Below, one piece after another: positions 1-10,200 of a stretch of 45,845 bases of DNA. Numbering within the stretch: the stretch's first letter is position 1; each line of letters starts with the position of its first letter. This DNA comes from Mobula hypostoma (Eukaryota), in contig NW_026948143.1 in assembly GCF_963921235.1 (NCBI RefSeq), forward strand, positions 124,001 to 169,845. The letters are read 5' to 3'. The position numbers and the translations under genes were made by a program. A model generated the notes under the pieces. That model was not told the DNA's origin and did not search any database. It saw only the letters and a list, made by a program, of their open reading frames with translations.

Positions 1-165
1 GCAGATACATTGGAGACATTTCCCAGATTCTTAGCTAGATACGTGATAGAAAAATGGAGGGCTACATGGGAGGGAAAGGTTAGATTGATGGTGGGGCAGG
101 TTAATATTGGTCAGCCCAGTATTGTGGGTCAAAAGGCTCATTCTGTGTTGTACCGTTTTATGTTC
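1..165 (+). mobile_element. 3' end (ORF2 tail and 3' UTR) of a decayed CR1-type LINE, cut by the window start
   Basis: Ends 'tgtgggtcaaaaggctcattctgtgttgtaccgttttatgttc', a degenerate form of the CR1 3' terminus plus (ttctatg)-like tail also seen at 45742-45800. The opening bases resemble the ORF2 C-terminal region. Confidence 0.65.
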
Positions 166-377
166 GATCCAGCTGGACTGAGACTGAGAATTGTGGATTC
201 GCCAGAGCCAGAGGCTTCAAACCAGGGTTGGTAGAGGTAGTGAACCTCAACAGTTGGAGATAGGAGAGAGATCAAAAAAGATGAAGATTTCAGAATTTAG
301 TAAATGATTGCAGGAGGCAGAGAAAACAAAGTTTGCAATAACAGGAGCTTGTGGTTGGTTGTTATTGGTTCTCTAGT

Positions 378-460
378 TGCAAGAGCCTGGGGAATTCAGG
401 CCATGAGGTGGTGGGTGTGGGAGGGTGATGATGATGCAGCCATCAGTGAAACCTGGCTTC
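378..460 (+). mobile_element. Possible highly decayed fragment of a LINE APE endonuclease N-terminus
   Basis: 'gatgcagccatcagtgaaacctggctt' reads DAAISETWL (compare DIVGITETWL at ~42973-43002). It is preceded by 'gcaagagcctggggaat', resembling NARSIxN with one indel. Confidence 0.35.
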
Positions 461-720
461 TTGGACAGCTGTAGTCACTTACATTTCATGATTAGTCAGA
501 ACAAAAAGGAATTTAAAATAAAAGGATCTTTTAAAGAAGATGTGCTTTCTGGTTTGTGCTGAAGGGAGACATTTTTTATTAGGGGTGAAAATACATTAAT
601 GACACAATAAACAAGCTTTGATTGAGCAATTACTTTGTTTCCCCAGAGGGTTCTGGGAGAAACATCCATGAACTCACTGGAATGTTGTAAATAATAAACC
701 TGATTAGAGGAGCTTGCTAA

Positions 721-1284
721 TAAGACCATAAGATATAGGAGCAGAAGTAGGCTATTTGGCCCATCGAGTCTGCTGCACCATTCAATCATGGTCTGATCCA
801 ATTCTTCCAGTCATCCCCACTCACCTGCTTTCACCCCATACCCTTTGATGCCCTGGCTAATCAAGAATCTATCTATCTCTGCTTTAAATGCACCCAATGA
901 CTTGGCCTCCACAGCTGCTCGTGGCAACAAATTCCACAGATTTACCACCCTCTGACTAAAGTAATCTCTTGGCATCTCTGTTCTAAATGGACATCCTTCA
1001 ATCCTGAAGTCGTGCCCTCTTGTCCTAAACTCCCTTACCATGGGAAGTAACTTTGCCATATCTAATCTGTTCAGGCCTTTTAACATCTGGAATGTTTCTA
1101 TGAGATCCCCCCTCATTCTCCTGAACTCCAGGGAATACAGCCCAAGAGCTGCCAGAATCTGTCGATTCTTGAAAGATCATTAACGCCTCCACAATCTCTC
1201 CAGCTGCGTCCTTTAGAACCCAAGGGTGCATTCCATCAGGTCCAGGAGATTTATCCAACCTCAGACCACTAAGCATCCTGAGCA
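721..1284 (-). mobile_element. 5'-truncated, internally deleted CR1 LINE (mid-ORF2 piece, ORF2 C-terminus, 3' UTR and tail)
   Basis: ORF 811-1116 (-) is a CR1 ORF2 C-terminus (RGDLIETF...TRGH...FSQRVVNLWNLLP...GIKGYG). 1157-1284 (-) encodes DKSPGPDGMHPWVLK...DSG. The 3' UTR ends 'gcctacttctgctcctatatcttatggtctta'. AATAAG flanks it at 719-724 and 1284-1289 (possible TSD). Confidence 0.9.
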
Positions 1285-1289
1285 ATAAG

Positions 1290-2692
1290 CTTTAATGTAT
1301 TAGTCTTCACTGTGGAAGATACCAGCAATATGCTAGAAGTTCAAGAGTGTCAGGGGCAGAAGTGTGTGAAGTTACCATTACTAGGGAGAAGGCACTTCGG
1401 AAACTGGCAAGTCTGAAGGTAGATATGTCACCAGATGGTACATACCCCAGGGTTCTGAAAGAGGTGGCTGAAGAGCTTGTAGAGGCATTGCTAATGATCT
1501 TTCGAGAATCAATTGATTCTGGCATATTTCCAGAGGACTGAGCCACTCCACTCTTTAGAAGGGGAGAGAGGCAGAAGAAAGGAAGTTGTAGGCCAGTTTG
1601 TCTAACCTCAGAAGTTGGGAATATGTTGGAATTGATTTAGAGTATGGTTTCAGGGTACTTGAAGACATATGATCAAAAAGGCTGAAATCAGCATAGTTTC
1701 CTTAAGGGAAAATCTTGCCTGACAAATCTGTTGGAATTCTATGAAGAACTAACAAGCAGGATAGACAAAGGAGAACCAGTGGATGTTGGATTTTCAGAAG
1801 GCTTTTGACAAGGTGCCAGACATGATGCAGCTAAACAAGCTTCGAGCCCATGGTATTACAGGAAAGATTCTAGCATGGATATAGCAGTGGTTGATTGGCA
1901 GGAGACAAAGCGTGGGAATAAAAGGTTGGCTGCCAGAGACCAGTGGTTTTCCACAGGGGTCTATGTTGGGACTGCTTCTTTTTAAATTACACATCATTGA
2001 TTTGGAAGAAGAAATTGTTGACTTTGTGGCCAAGTTTTCAGATGATATGTTGATAGGTGGAGGAGCAGGTAATGTTGAGGAAGTTAAGAGGCTACAGAAG
2101 TGGCAGATGGAATACAATGTTGAGAAGTGTATGGTGTTGCCTTTGGCTGAAGAAATAAAAGGGCAGACTATTTACTAAATGGAGTGAAAATTCAAAAATC
2201 TGAGGCACAAAGGGGCTTGGGAAGGTTGATTTGGTAGTGAGCAAGGCAAATGCAACATTAGCATTCATTTTAAGAGGAATGAGTATAAAAGCAAGGCCTC
2301 ACTAAGAGTAGAGTAAGTAGTTTAGCACCCCTCTGTTTGAAGGATACTGATGAGAATGATTGTAGGATTGAAAGGCTTATGATATGAGGAACATTTGATG
2401 GTTCTAGGCCTGTACTCACTGGAATTCAGAAGAAAGAGGGTTGTCCTCTTTGAAACCTATTCAATAAAGAAAGGCTTCGATAGAGCAGATTTGGAAAGGA
2501 TGTTTCCTGTGTGGGGGAGTCTTGGACCAGAGGCCACAGCCTCAGAATAGAGAGACCTCTATTAACAACGGAGATGACAAGAGGGGTGAATCTGTGGAAT
2601 TTGTTGCCACAGGAAGCTGTGAAGGCCAAGTCTGGAAGTATTCTTAAGGCAGAGGTTGATAGATTCTTGATTGTACAAGGCATGAAGGAATA
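1290..2692 (+). mobile_element. Older, heavily decayed CR1 LINE ORF2 fragment (RT domain to near C-terminus)
   Basis: Fragmentary ORFs collinear with the CR1 at ~44050-45670: LKVDMSPDGTYPRVLKEVAEELVEAL, GKSCLTNLLEF, DFQKAFDKVP, PQGSMLG, KFSDD, WQMEYNVEKC, TRGHSLRI, VNLWNLLPQEAV. Many indels and stops; no 3' UTR. Confidence 0.9.
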
Positions 2693-2766
2693 TAAGCCAA
2701 AAAATTATAAGATATAGGAGCAGAATGCTGGTTAAGTGGGATGAGGAATGGCAAATGGGGTTTAAT
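2693..2766. mobile_element. Mosaic of two tiny CR1-related scraps
   Basis: 'ataagatataggagcagaa' (~2707-2725) is identical to 728-746, a minus-strand CR1 3' tail. 2728-2766 (+) reads LVKWDEEWQMGFN, homologous to LGEWANS(W)QMQFN at ~44936-44974. Confidence 0.55.
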
Positions 2767-2767
2767 T

Positions 2768-2809
2768 TGTGGGGTGTCTGCATGTGTGAGGGACAGTATG
2801 GGGTGTCTG
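2768..2809 (+). repeat. Degenerate left edge of the 30-bp satellite, cut off from the main array by the LTR element
   Basis: 'tgtggggtgtctgcatgtgtgagggacagtatggggtgtctg' is ~1.4 units resembling the consensus and shares 'acagtatgg' with the first unit right of the element (7236-7244). Confidence 0.75.
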
Positions 2810-3022
2810 TGTGGTAGACCACATATATAAGTTGTAACTGGGTTACCTGTCTGGACAGGCCCCTCTGCTGACTGCTCCTGTGGCTCCTCCCACAGACCGC
2901 TGAATAAAGGCGATTGTGCCACTGCTCCTCCCTCAGTCCAGACGTTGGTCCATTTACTGTTAATAAAAGCCTTTCAGTATTTACTCTACTTCCAGTCTTT
3001 TGGAGTAATTGATGGTGCATTA
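2810..3022 (+). repeat. 5' LTR (213 bp)
   Basis: Starts TGTGGTAGACC and ends GTGCATTA (the 3' LTR ends GTGCATCA). Aligns end to end with 6981-7211 but lacks 18 nt (ggacagacactcagcatg). TATA-like TGAATAAA at 2901-2908; AATAAA at 2962-2967. Confidence 0.93.
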
Positions 3023-3023
3023 A

Positions 3024-3038
3024 TTTTATTAACAGTAA
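3024..3038 (+). promoter_or_regulatory. Non-tRNA primer-binding-site position, complementary to the element's own LTR
   Basis: TTTTATTAACAGTAA starts 1 nt after the LTR end and is the exact reverse complement of TTACTGTTAATAAAA at 2954-2968. No TGG-initiated tRNA PBS is present. Confidence 0.75.
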
Positions 3039-3047
3039 TTTTAAAGC

Positions 3048-6000
3048 ATTGAGCACGTCCTGAGACCCGACAAGCTAGACCTCAACCCGCAAATACCTGA
3101 AGCCGGAAATGCTTTCGAACTCTGGCTGGCCTGCTTCGAATCATACCTGGAGGAGATTGAAGTGACTGAGTCCACCACGAAGCGCCGAGTTCTCCTCTCC
3201 AGGGTCAGTCCACGGGTCTACTCAATGATTAGAGACTAGCGGAGCTATGACAGTGCGATGAGCGCCCTCAAAAGACAATACCTGCGGCCGGTAAACACCG
3301 TCTATGCGCAACATCGCTTAGCAACGCGGCAGCAGCAGCCCGGAGAGTTGAGCGCTGAGTTCGTCCAGGCCCTACAGATACTTGTGCGGGCCTGCGATTG
3401 CCGGGGGCTAACGGCTGACGGCTGAAGAGCACTCGGAGCTCCTAGTAAGAGACACCTTCGTCACGGGGACCAGGTCAGTGTATGTGCGCCAGCGGCTGCT
3501 GGAACACGCCGATCGTACCTTACGTTTGGCGATCGAGCTGGCTGACATGCTGGAGGCCGCTCTGCACAACTCTGACCCTTTCCAGGCACGCGATCTCCCG
3601 ACGGCCTTGTGGACGCCGCAGACCCCGCAACCCGCCTCTGAATCGACCTCGGTTGCTGCCAGTTACGGGTCCGCGAAGTGCTACTTCTGCGGACTCGAGA
3701 AGCACCCCTGGAAACGCTGCCCAGCCCGAGAAGCTAGCTGCTCCAGCTGCGGAAAGAAGAGCCACTTCGCCAAGGCCTGTAAGTCAAAACCGCGAGTGGG
3801 ATCGAGCAGCACTGCGTGCGAGACGTGGGGGTCGCCATCTTCCCTGCACACTGCCACCACGTGCGAGACCTGGGGGTGGCCATCTTGGTCGGCGCCACCT
3901 CGGACCGCCTACGACCCACGGGTGCTCACGAGGCACCCCACCGCACCGGACCAAGTCAGCGACTCAACTCTAGCCTCCGTGACCCTCAACCAAAGCGCCC
4001 CCCACCAGCTTGGAAGGTCAATGATGGACATCCTGGTGGAGGGGCCCAGGACAAGCTGTCTGTTTGACACAGACAGCGCGGAGAGTTTTATCCACCCGGA
4101 CACGGTGCAGCATTGCAGACTTGTGATACGGCCGGTAAGTCAGAGGGTCGCCATGGCTTCCGGGTCATATGCAAAAGACATCTGGGAGGGTTGTGTAGCG
4201 ACGCTAATGGTGCAGGGCACAGAATATCAAGACTTTACGTTACTGGTTATGCCTCAACTGTGTGCCCCTGTGCTATTGGGGTCGACTTCCAGAGCCACCT
4301 GAAAAGCGTGACAATGAAGTATGATGGGCCCCTCCCACCAATCACTGTTGGAAATCCTCAGTTTTGTAGGGATACGTCACATACCCTGCTACTGACCACA
4401 CACACATACCGACCCGCACATCCCACCCAACACCATGCCAACAGCCGCACTACCAACGCCACTTGCGGCCTCTCCACCCTCAGGATCCCTCCCCCACCGC
4501 TGTTCACCAGCCTGACCCCCGACTGTAAACCTGTGGCAACTAAAAGCAGGAGGTACAGCGCGGGGGACAGAGCCTTCATTAAGTCGGAGGTGCAGTGGCT
4601 GCTCAAGGAGGGGGTCACTGAGACAAGCACAAGTCCTTGGAGGACGCAGGTGGTCATTGTTCGGAACGGGGAGAAGAATAGGATGGTCGTGGACTATAGC
4701 CAGACCATCAATAGGTTCACACAGCTCGACGCGTACCCTCTACCCGGCATCGCGGATATCGTCAATCAGATAGCACAGTACAAGGTGTACTCGACCATAG
4801 ACCTAAAATCCGCTTACCATCAGCTCCCCATCCGCCGGGAGGACCGCCCTTACACTGCCTTCGAGGCGGACGGCAGGCTTTATCAATTCCTGCGTGTCCC
4901 CTTCGGTGTCACGAATGGTGTATCTGTCTTCCAGAGGGCAATGGACCGGATGGTGGACCAGTGCCAACTGAAGGCCACGTTCCCATATCTGGATAACATC
5001 ATCATCTGCGGTCACGACCGGCAGGATCACACAACTACCTCTAAAAATTTCTCCAAGCGGCCAAAGCTTTCAATCTCACCTATAACAAGGACAAGTGTGT
5101 ATTCGGAACCACCTGATCTGCTATCCTTGGGTGTGTCGTGGAGAACGGAGTCATTGGCCCTGACCCCGACCGTATGCACCCCCTGTTGGAACTCCCTCTT
5201 CCCAACACCCTCAGAGCCCTCAAAAGGTGCCTGGGCTTCTTTTCATATTACGCCCAATGGGTCTCTAACTACGCAGACAAGGCCCGCCCCCTGGTCAAGT
5301 CCACCACATTCCCCCTCTCTGCCGAGGCCTGCGCGGCCTTCAGCCGCATTAAAAGGGGACATTGCCAAAGCAGCAATGCATGCGGTGGATGAGGCCATTC
5401 CCTTCCAAGTAGAGAGGACGCCTCCGACTTTGCGCTGGCTGCTACCCTCAACCAGGCAGGAAGACCAGTGGCATTCTTCTCCCATACCCTTCAAGGCCCT
5501 GAAATTCGGCACTCTGCGGTAGAGAAAGAGGCCCAGGCCATAGTGGAAGCTATTAGGAACTGGAGGCACTATCTCGCCGGCAAAAAGTTTCACCCTGCTA
5601 ACTGACCAGCGCTCAGTCGCATTCATGTTTAGTAACCAACAGCGGAGCAAAATCAAAAATGATAAAATTCTGAGGTGGAGAATCGAACTCTCCACCTACA
5701 ACTGTGACATCATGTACAGGCCTGGGAAGCTCAACGAGCCCTCTGATGCCCTATCCCGGAGAGCGTGCGCCAGCGTGCAGATTGACTGGATATACGCCCT
5801 ACATGTAGATCTTTGCCACCCGGGGTCGCCCGGCTTTTCCACTTCGTGAAAGCCCGGAACCTGCCTTACTCCCTTGAGGAGATCAGGACGATGACCAGGG
5901 ACTGCCAAGTCTGCACAGAGTGCAAACCGCACTTCTACCGACCTGAAAAGGCACCACTCATCAAGGCCACCCGCCCCTTTGAGCAACTGAGTGTTGACTT

Positions 6001-6928
6001 TAAGGGCCCCCTTCCCTCCACCGACCACAGTGTGTACTTTCTTAATGTTATCGTCGAGTACTCGCGGTTCCCCTTCGCCATCCCCTGCCCCGATACCACT
6101 ACCACATCAGTCATAAAAGCCCTGCGCAAGCTCTTCACTCTGTTCGGATACCCATGCTATATCCACAGTGACAGAGGGTCCTCGTTTATGAGTGACGAGC
6201 TGCGCCAATACCTGCTGGCTAGGAATATTGTAACTAATAGGACCACAAGCTATAATCTCCGGGGGAATGGACAGGGGGAGGAGGAGAATTCCATGGTGTG
6301 GGAGGCTACACTCTTAGCCCTCAGGTCAAAGGGACTGCCGGTCTCCCACTGGCAGGAGGTCCTTCCCGAGGCACTCCACTCCATCCGCTCCCTGTTATGC
6401 ACAGCCACCAATGCCACCCCTCATGAGCGACTCTTTTCTTTTCCCAGAAAGTCGACCACTGGGACCACCCTACCATCTTGGCTGACGTCCCCGGGGCCAG
6501 TGCTGCTCCGGAAACATGCGAGGAGCAATAAATACTCCCTGATAGTTGAGAGGGTTCACTTACTTCATGCGAACCCCCAGTACGCCTACGTGGTTTTACC
6601 TGATGGGCGGGAGGACACGGTCTCCATCCGCGACCTGGCGCCCACAGGAGATCCGGGCCCGTACCCTGAACACTCCGTGGTGACTATTGACCCCGTACCC
6701 ACCAATGTATGCACCTACGAGACACCGTGCACCCCAAACCCTATACAGACACCACACGACACTCCCATACCGGGCGCGACGCACACGCACGAGGGATTAC
6801 CGACGCCGAACGTGCTGGCACCTGAAGTCAGGCCGGAGCCAGCACAACCGCCATCGCCGGAGCTATGTGGATCACAGCGACAGACTCGACCGCCTGATAG
6901 ACTTAACCTGCAAATATACTTCTTGTAA
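3048..6928 (+). pseudogene. gag-pol: Disrupted gag-pol polyprotein (Gag with 2 CCHC knuckles, aspartic protease, RT, RNase H, integrase)
   Basis: The frame opens at ATT 3048 (probably mutated ATG; EHVLRPDKLDLNP). Knuckles CYFCGLEKHPWKRC and CSSCGKKSHFAKAC; protease LFDTDS (4066); RT SPW..RMVVDY..DAYPLP..IDLKSAYHQ..PFG..YLDN; RNase H DAS..EKEAQAIV..TDQ; integrase H-H-C-C, SVDFKGP, HSDRGSSF, GNGQGE. Lesions: TAG 3237, 7-bp duplication 3411-3424, TGA 5114, frameshifts near 4280, 5030, 5355, 5415, 5585 and 5830. Confidence 0.93.
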
Positions 6929-6964
6929 ATATTGTCAGTCACTTCACCCCGCGGGATTCTTTTT

Positions 6965-6980
6965 AAAAAGGAGGGGTGAA
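6965..6980 (+). promoter_or_regulatory. Polypurine tract (plus-strand primer)
   Basis: AAAAAGGAGGGGTGAA directly abuts the TG start of the 3' LTR. Confidence 0.88.
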
Positions 6981-7211
6981 TGTGGTAAACCATGTATATA
7001 TGTTGCAACCAGGTTAACTGTCTGGACACACACCTCTGCTGAATGCCCCTGTGGCTCCTCCCACAGACCCCTGAATAAAGGCGATTGTGTCATGATCCTC
7101 CCACAATCCAGGACAGACACTCAGCATGGACGTTGATCCATTTACTGTGAATAAAAGCCTTTCAGAATTTACTCTACTACTACTCTTTTGATGGCAATTG
7201 ATAGTGCATCA
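6981..7211 (+). repeat. 3' LTR (231 bp)
   Basis: TGTGGTAAACC...GTGCATCA, preceded by the PPT and followed by the TSD GTCTG. About 86% identical to the 5' LTR by manual alignment. Confidence 0.93.
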
Positions 7212-10200
7212 GTCTGTGTGTGTATGTGTGTGGGAACAGTATGGAATATCTGTGTGTGAGGGAGTGCTGTGGGATGTCTGTGCGTGTGAGGGAGTGCTGT
7301 GAGATGTCTCTGCATGTGAGGGACTGCTATGGGATGTCTGTGTTTGTGAGGGAGTACTGTGGGATGTCTGTGTGTGTGAGGGAGTGCTGTGGGATGTCTG
7401 TGTGTGTGAGGGAGTGCTGTGAGATGTCTCTGTAAGTGAGGGAGTGCTGTGAGATGTCTGTGTGTGTGAGGGAGTGCTGTGGGATGTCTGTGTGTGTGAG
7501 GGAGTGCTGTGGGATGTCTGTGTGTGTGAGGGAGTGCTGTGAGATGTCTCTGTGTGTGAGGGAGTGCTGTGGGATGTCTGTGTGTGTGAGGGAGTGCTGT
7601 GAGATGTCTCTGTATGTGAGGGAGTGCTGTGAGATGTCTGTGTGTGTGAGGGAGTGCTGTGGGATGTCTGTGTGTGTGAGGGAGTGCTGTGGGATGTCTG
7701 TGTGTGTGAGGGAGTGCTGTGAGATGTCTCTGTATGTGAGGGAGTGCTGTGGGATGTCTGTGTGTGTGAGGGAGTGCTGTGGGATGTCTGTGTGTGTGAG
7801 GGAGTGCTGTGTGATGTCTCTGTATGTGAGGGAGTGCTGTGGGATGTCTGTGTGTGTGAGGGAGTGCTGTGGGATGTCTGTGTGTGTGAGGGAGTGCTGT
7901 GGGATGTCTCTGCATGTGAGGGACTGCTTTGGGATGTCTCTGTGTGTGAGGGAGTGCTGTGGGATGTCTGTGTGTGTGAGGGAGTGCTGTGAGATGTCTG
8001 TGCATGTGAGGGACTGCTGTGGGATGTCTCTGTGTGTGAGGGAGTGCTGTGGGATGTCTGTGTGTGTGAGGGAGTGCTGTGAGATGCCTGTGCATGTGAG
8101 GGAGTGTTGTGGGATGTCTGTGTGTGTGAGGGAGTGCTGTGCGGTGTCTCTGTGTTTGAGGGAGTGCTCTGGGGTGTCTGTGTGTGAGGGAGTGCTGTGG
8201 GATGTCTGTGTGTGTGAGGGAGTGCTGTGGGATACCTGTGTGTTCGAGGGAGTGCTGTGGGATGTCTCTGTATGTGAGGGAGTACTGTGCGGTGTCTCTG
8301 TGTTTGAGGGAGTGCTGTGAGATGTCTGTGTGTGTGAAGGAGTGCTGTGGGATGTCTGTCTGTGTGAGGGAGTGCTGTGAGAAGTCTGTGTGTGTGAGGG
8401 AGTGCTGTGGGATGTCTGTGTGTGTGAGGGAGTGCTGTGGGATGTCTGTGTGTGTGAGGGAGTGCTGTGCACTGTTTGTGTGTGTGAGGGAGAGCTGTGA
8501 GATGTCTGTGCATGTGAGGGAGTGTTGTGGGATGTCTGTGTGTGTCAGGGAGTGTTGTGGGATGTCTGTGTGTGTGAGGGAGTGCTGTGTGGTGTCTCTG
8601 TGTTTGAGGGAGTGCTCTGGGGTGTCTGTGTGTGAGGGAGTGCTGTGGGATGTCTCTGTGTGTGAGGGAGTGCTCTGGGATGTGTGTGTGTGTGAGGGAG
8701 TGCTGTGAGATGTCTGTGCGTGTGAGGGAGTGTTGTGGGATGTCTGTGTGTGTGAGGGAGTGCTGTGGGACGTCTGTGTGTGTGAGGGAGTGCTGTAGGA
8801 TGTCTGTGTGTGTGAGGGAGTGCTGTGGACTGTTTGTGTGTGTGAGGGAGTGCTGTGAGATGTCTGTGCATGTGAGGGACTGTTGTGGGATGTCTGTGTG
8901 TGTCAGGGAGTGTTGTGGGATGTCTGTGCGTGTGAGGGAGTGCTGTGGGATGTCTGTGTGTGTGAGGGAGTGCTGTGCGGTGTCTCTGTGTTTGAGGGAG
9001 TGCTGTGGGATGTCTGTGTGTGTGAGGGAGTGCTGTGGGATGTCTGTGTGTGTGAGGGAGTGCTGTGAGATGTCTCTGTATGTGAGGGAGTGCTGTGGGA
9101 TGTCTGTGTGTGTGAGGGAGTGCTGTGAGATGTCTGTGCATGTGAGGGAGTGCTGTGGGATGTCTCTGTGTGTGAGGGAGTGCTGTGGGATGTGTGTGTG
9201 TGTGAGGGAGTGCTGTGAGATGTCTGTGCATGTGAGGGAGTGTTGTGGGATGTCTGTGTGTGTGAGGGAGTGCTGTGCGGTGTCTCTGTGTTTGAGGGAG
9301 TGCTCTGGGGTGTCTGTGTGTGAGGGAGTGCTGTGAGATGTCTGTGTGTGTGAGGGAGTGTTGTGAGATGTCTGTGCGTGTGAGGGAGTGTTGTGGGATG
9401 TCTGTGCGTGTGAGGGAGTGCTGTGGGATGTCTGTGTGTGTATGTGTGTGGGAACAGTATGGAATATCTGTGTGTGAGGGAGTGCTGTGGGATGTCTGTG
9501 CGTGTGAGGGAGTGCTGTGAGATGTCTCTGTAAGTGAGGGAGTGCTGTGAGATGTCTGTGTGTGTGAGGGAGTGCTGTGGGATGTCTGTGTGTGTGAGGG
9601 AGTGCTGTGAGATGTCTCTGTATGTGAGGGAGTGCTGTGGGATGTCTCTGTAGGTGAGGGAGTGCTGTGAGATGTCTGTGTTTGTGAGGGAGTACTGTGG
9701 GATGTCTGTGCGTGTGAGGGAGTGCTGTGGGATGTCTCTGCATGTGAGGGACTGCTATGGGATGTCTGTGTTTGTGAGGGAGTACTGTGGGATGTCTGTG
9801 CGTGTGAGGGAGTGCTGTGGGATGTCTGTGCGTGTGAGGGAGTGCTGTGGACTGTTTGTGTGTGTGAGGGAGTGCTGTGGGATGTCTGTGTGTGTGAGGG
9901 AGTGCTGTGAGATGTCTCTGTAAGTGAGGGAGTGCTGTGAGATGTCTGTGTGTGTGAGGGAGTGCTGTGGGATGTCTGTGTGTGTGAGGGAGTGCTGTGG
10001 GATGACTGTGTGTGTGAGGGAGTGCTGTGAGATGTCTCTGTATGTGAGGGAGTGCTGTGGGATGTCTCTGTAGGTGAGGGAGTGCTGTGAGATGTCTCTG
10101 TATGTGAGGGAGTGCTGTGAGATGTCTGTGTATGTGAGGGAGTGCTGTGGGATGTCTCTGTATGTGAGGGAGTGCTGTGGGATGTCTGTGTGTTTCAGGG

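Larger units (their letters stand above)
2810..7211 (+). mobile_element. Full-length Ty3/Gypsy LTR retrotransposon (4402 bp), disabled copy; Mag-like features
   Basis: Direct LTRs at 2810-3022 and 6981-7211, outer termini TG...CA, 5-bp TSD GTCTG at 2805-2809 and 7212-7216, domain order gag-PR-RT-RH-IN, PPT before the 3' LTR. No env or chromodomain is evident. Confidence 0.96.

Noticed and set aside
721..2692. Twin-priming inversion of one CR1 (head-to-head fragments meeting at ~1285)
   Set aside because: Both fragments contain the same ORF2 regions (DKSPGPDG...DSG and the C-terminus) and differ in decay, so they are separate insertions.
6640..6928. Chromodomain or env-like extension after integrase
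   Set aside because: The tail is a Pro/Thr-rich linker ending in SQRQTRPPDRLNL, with no aromatic-cage pattern, transmembrane segment or space for another ORF.
3482..7136. Alternative-frame and antisense ORFs over the Gypsy element, and similar ones over the CR1 copies
   Set aside because: They are shadow frames of GC-rich or retroelement coding sequence with no independent motifs.
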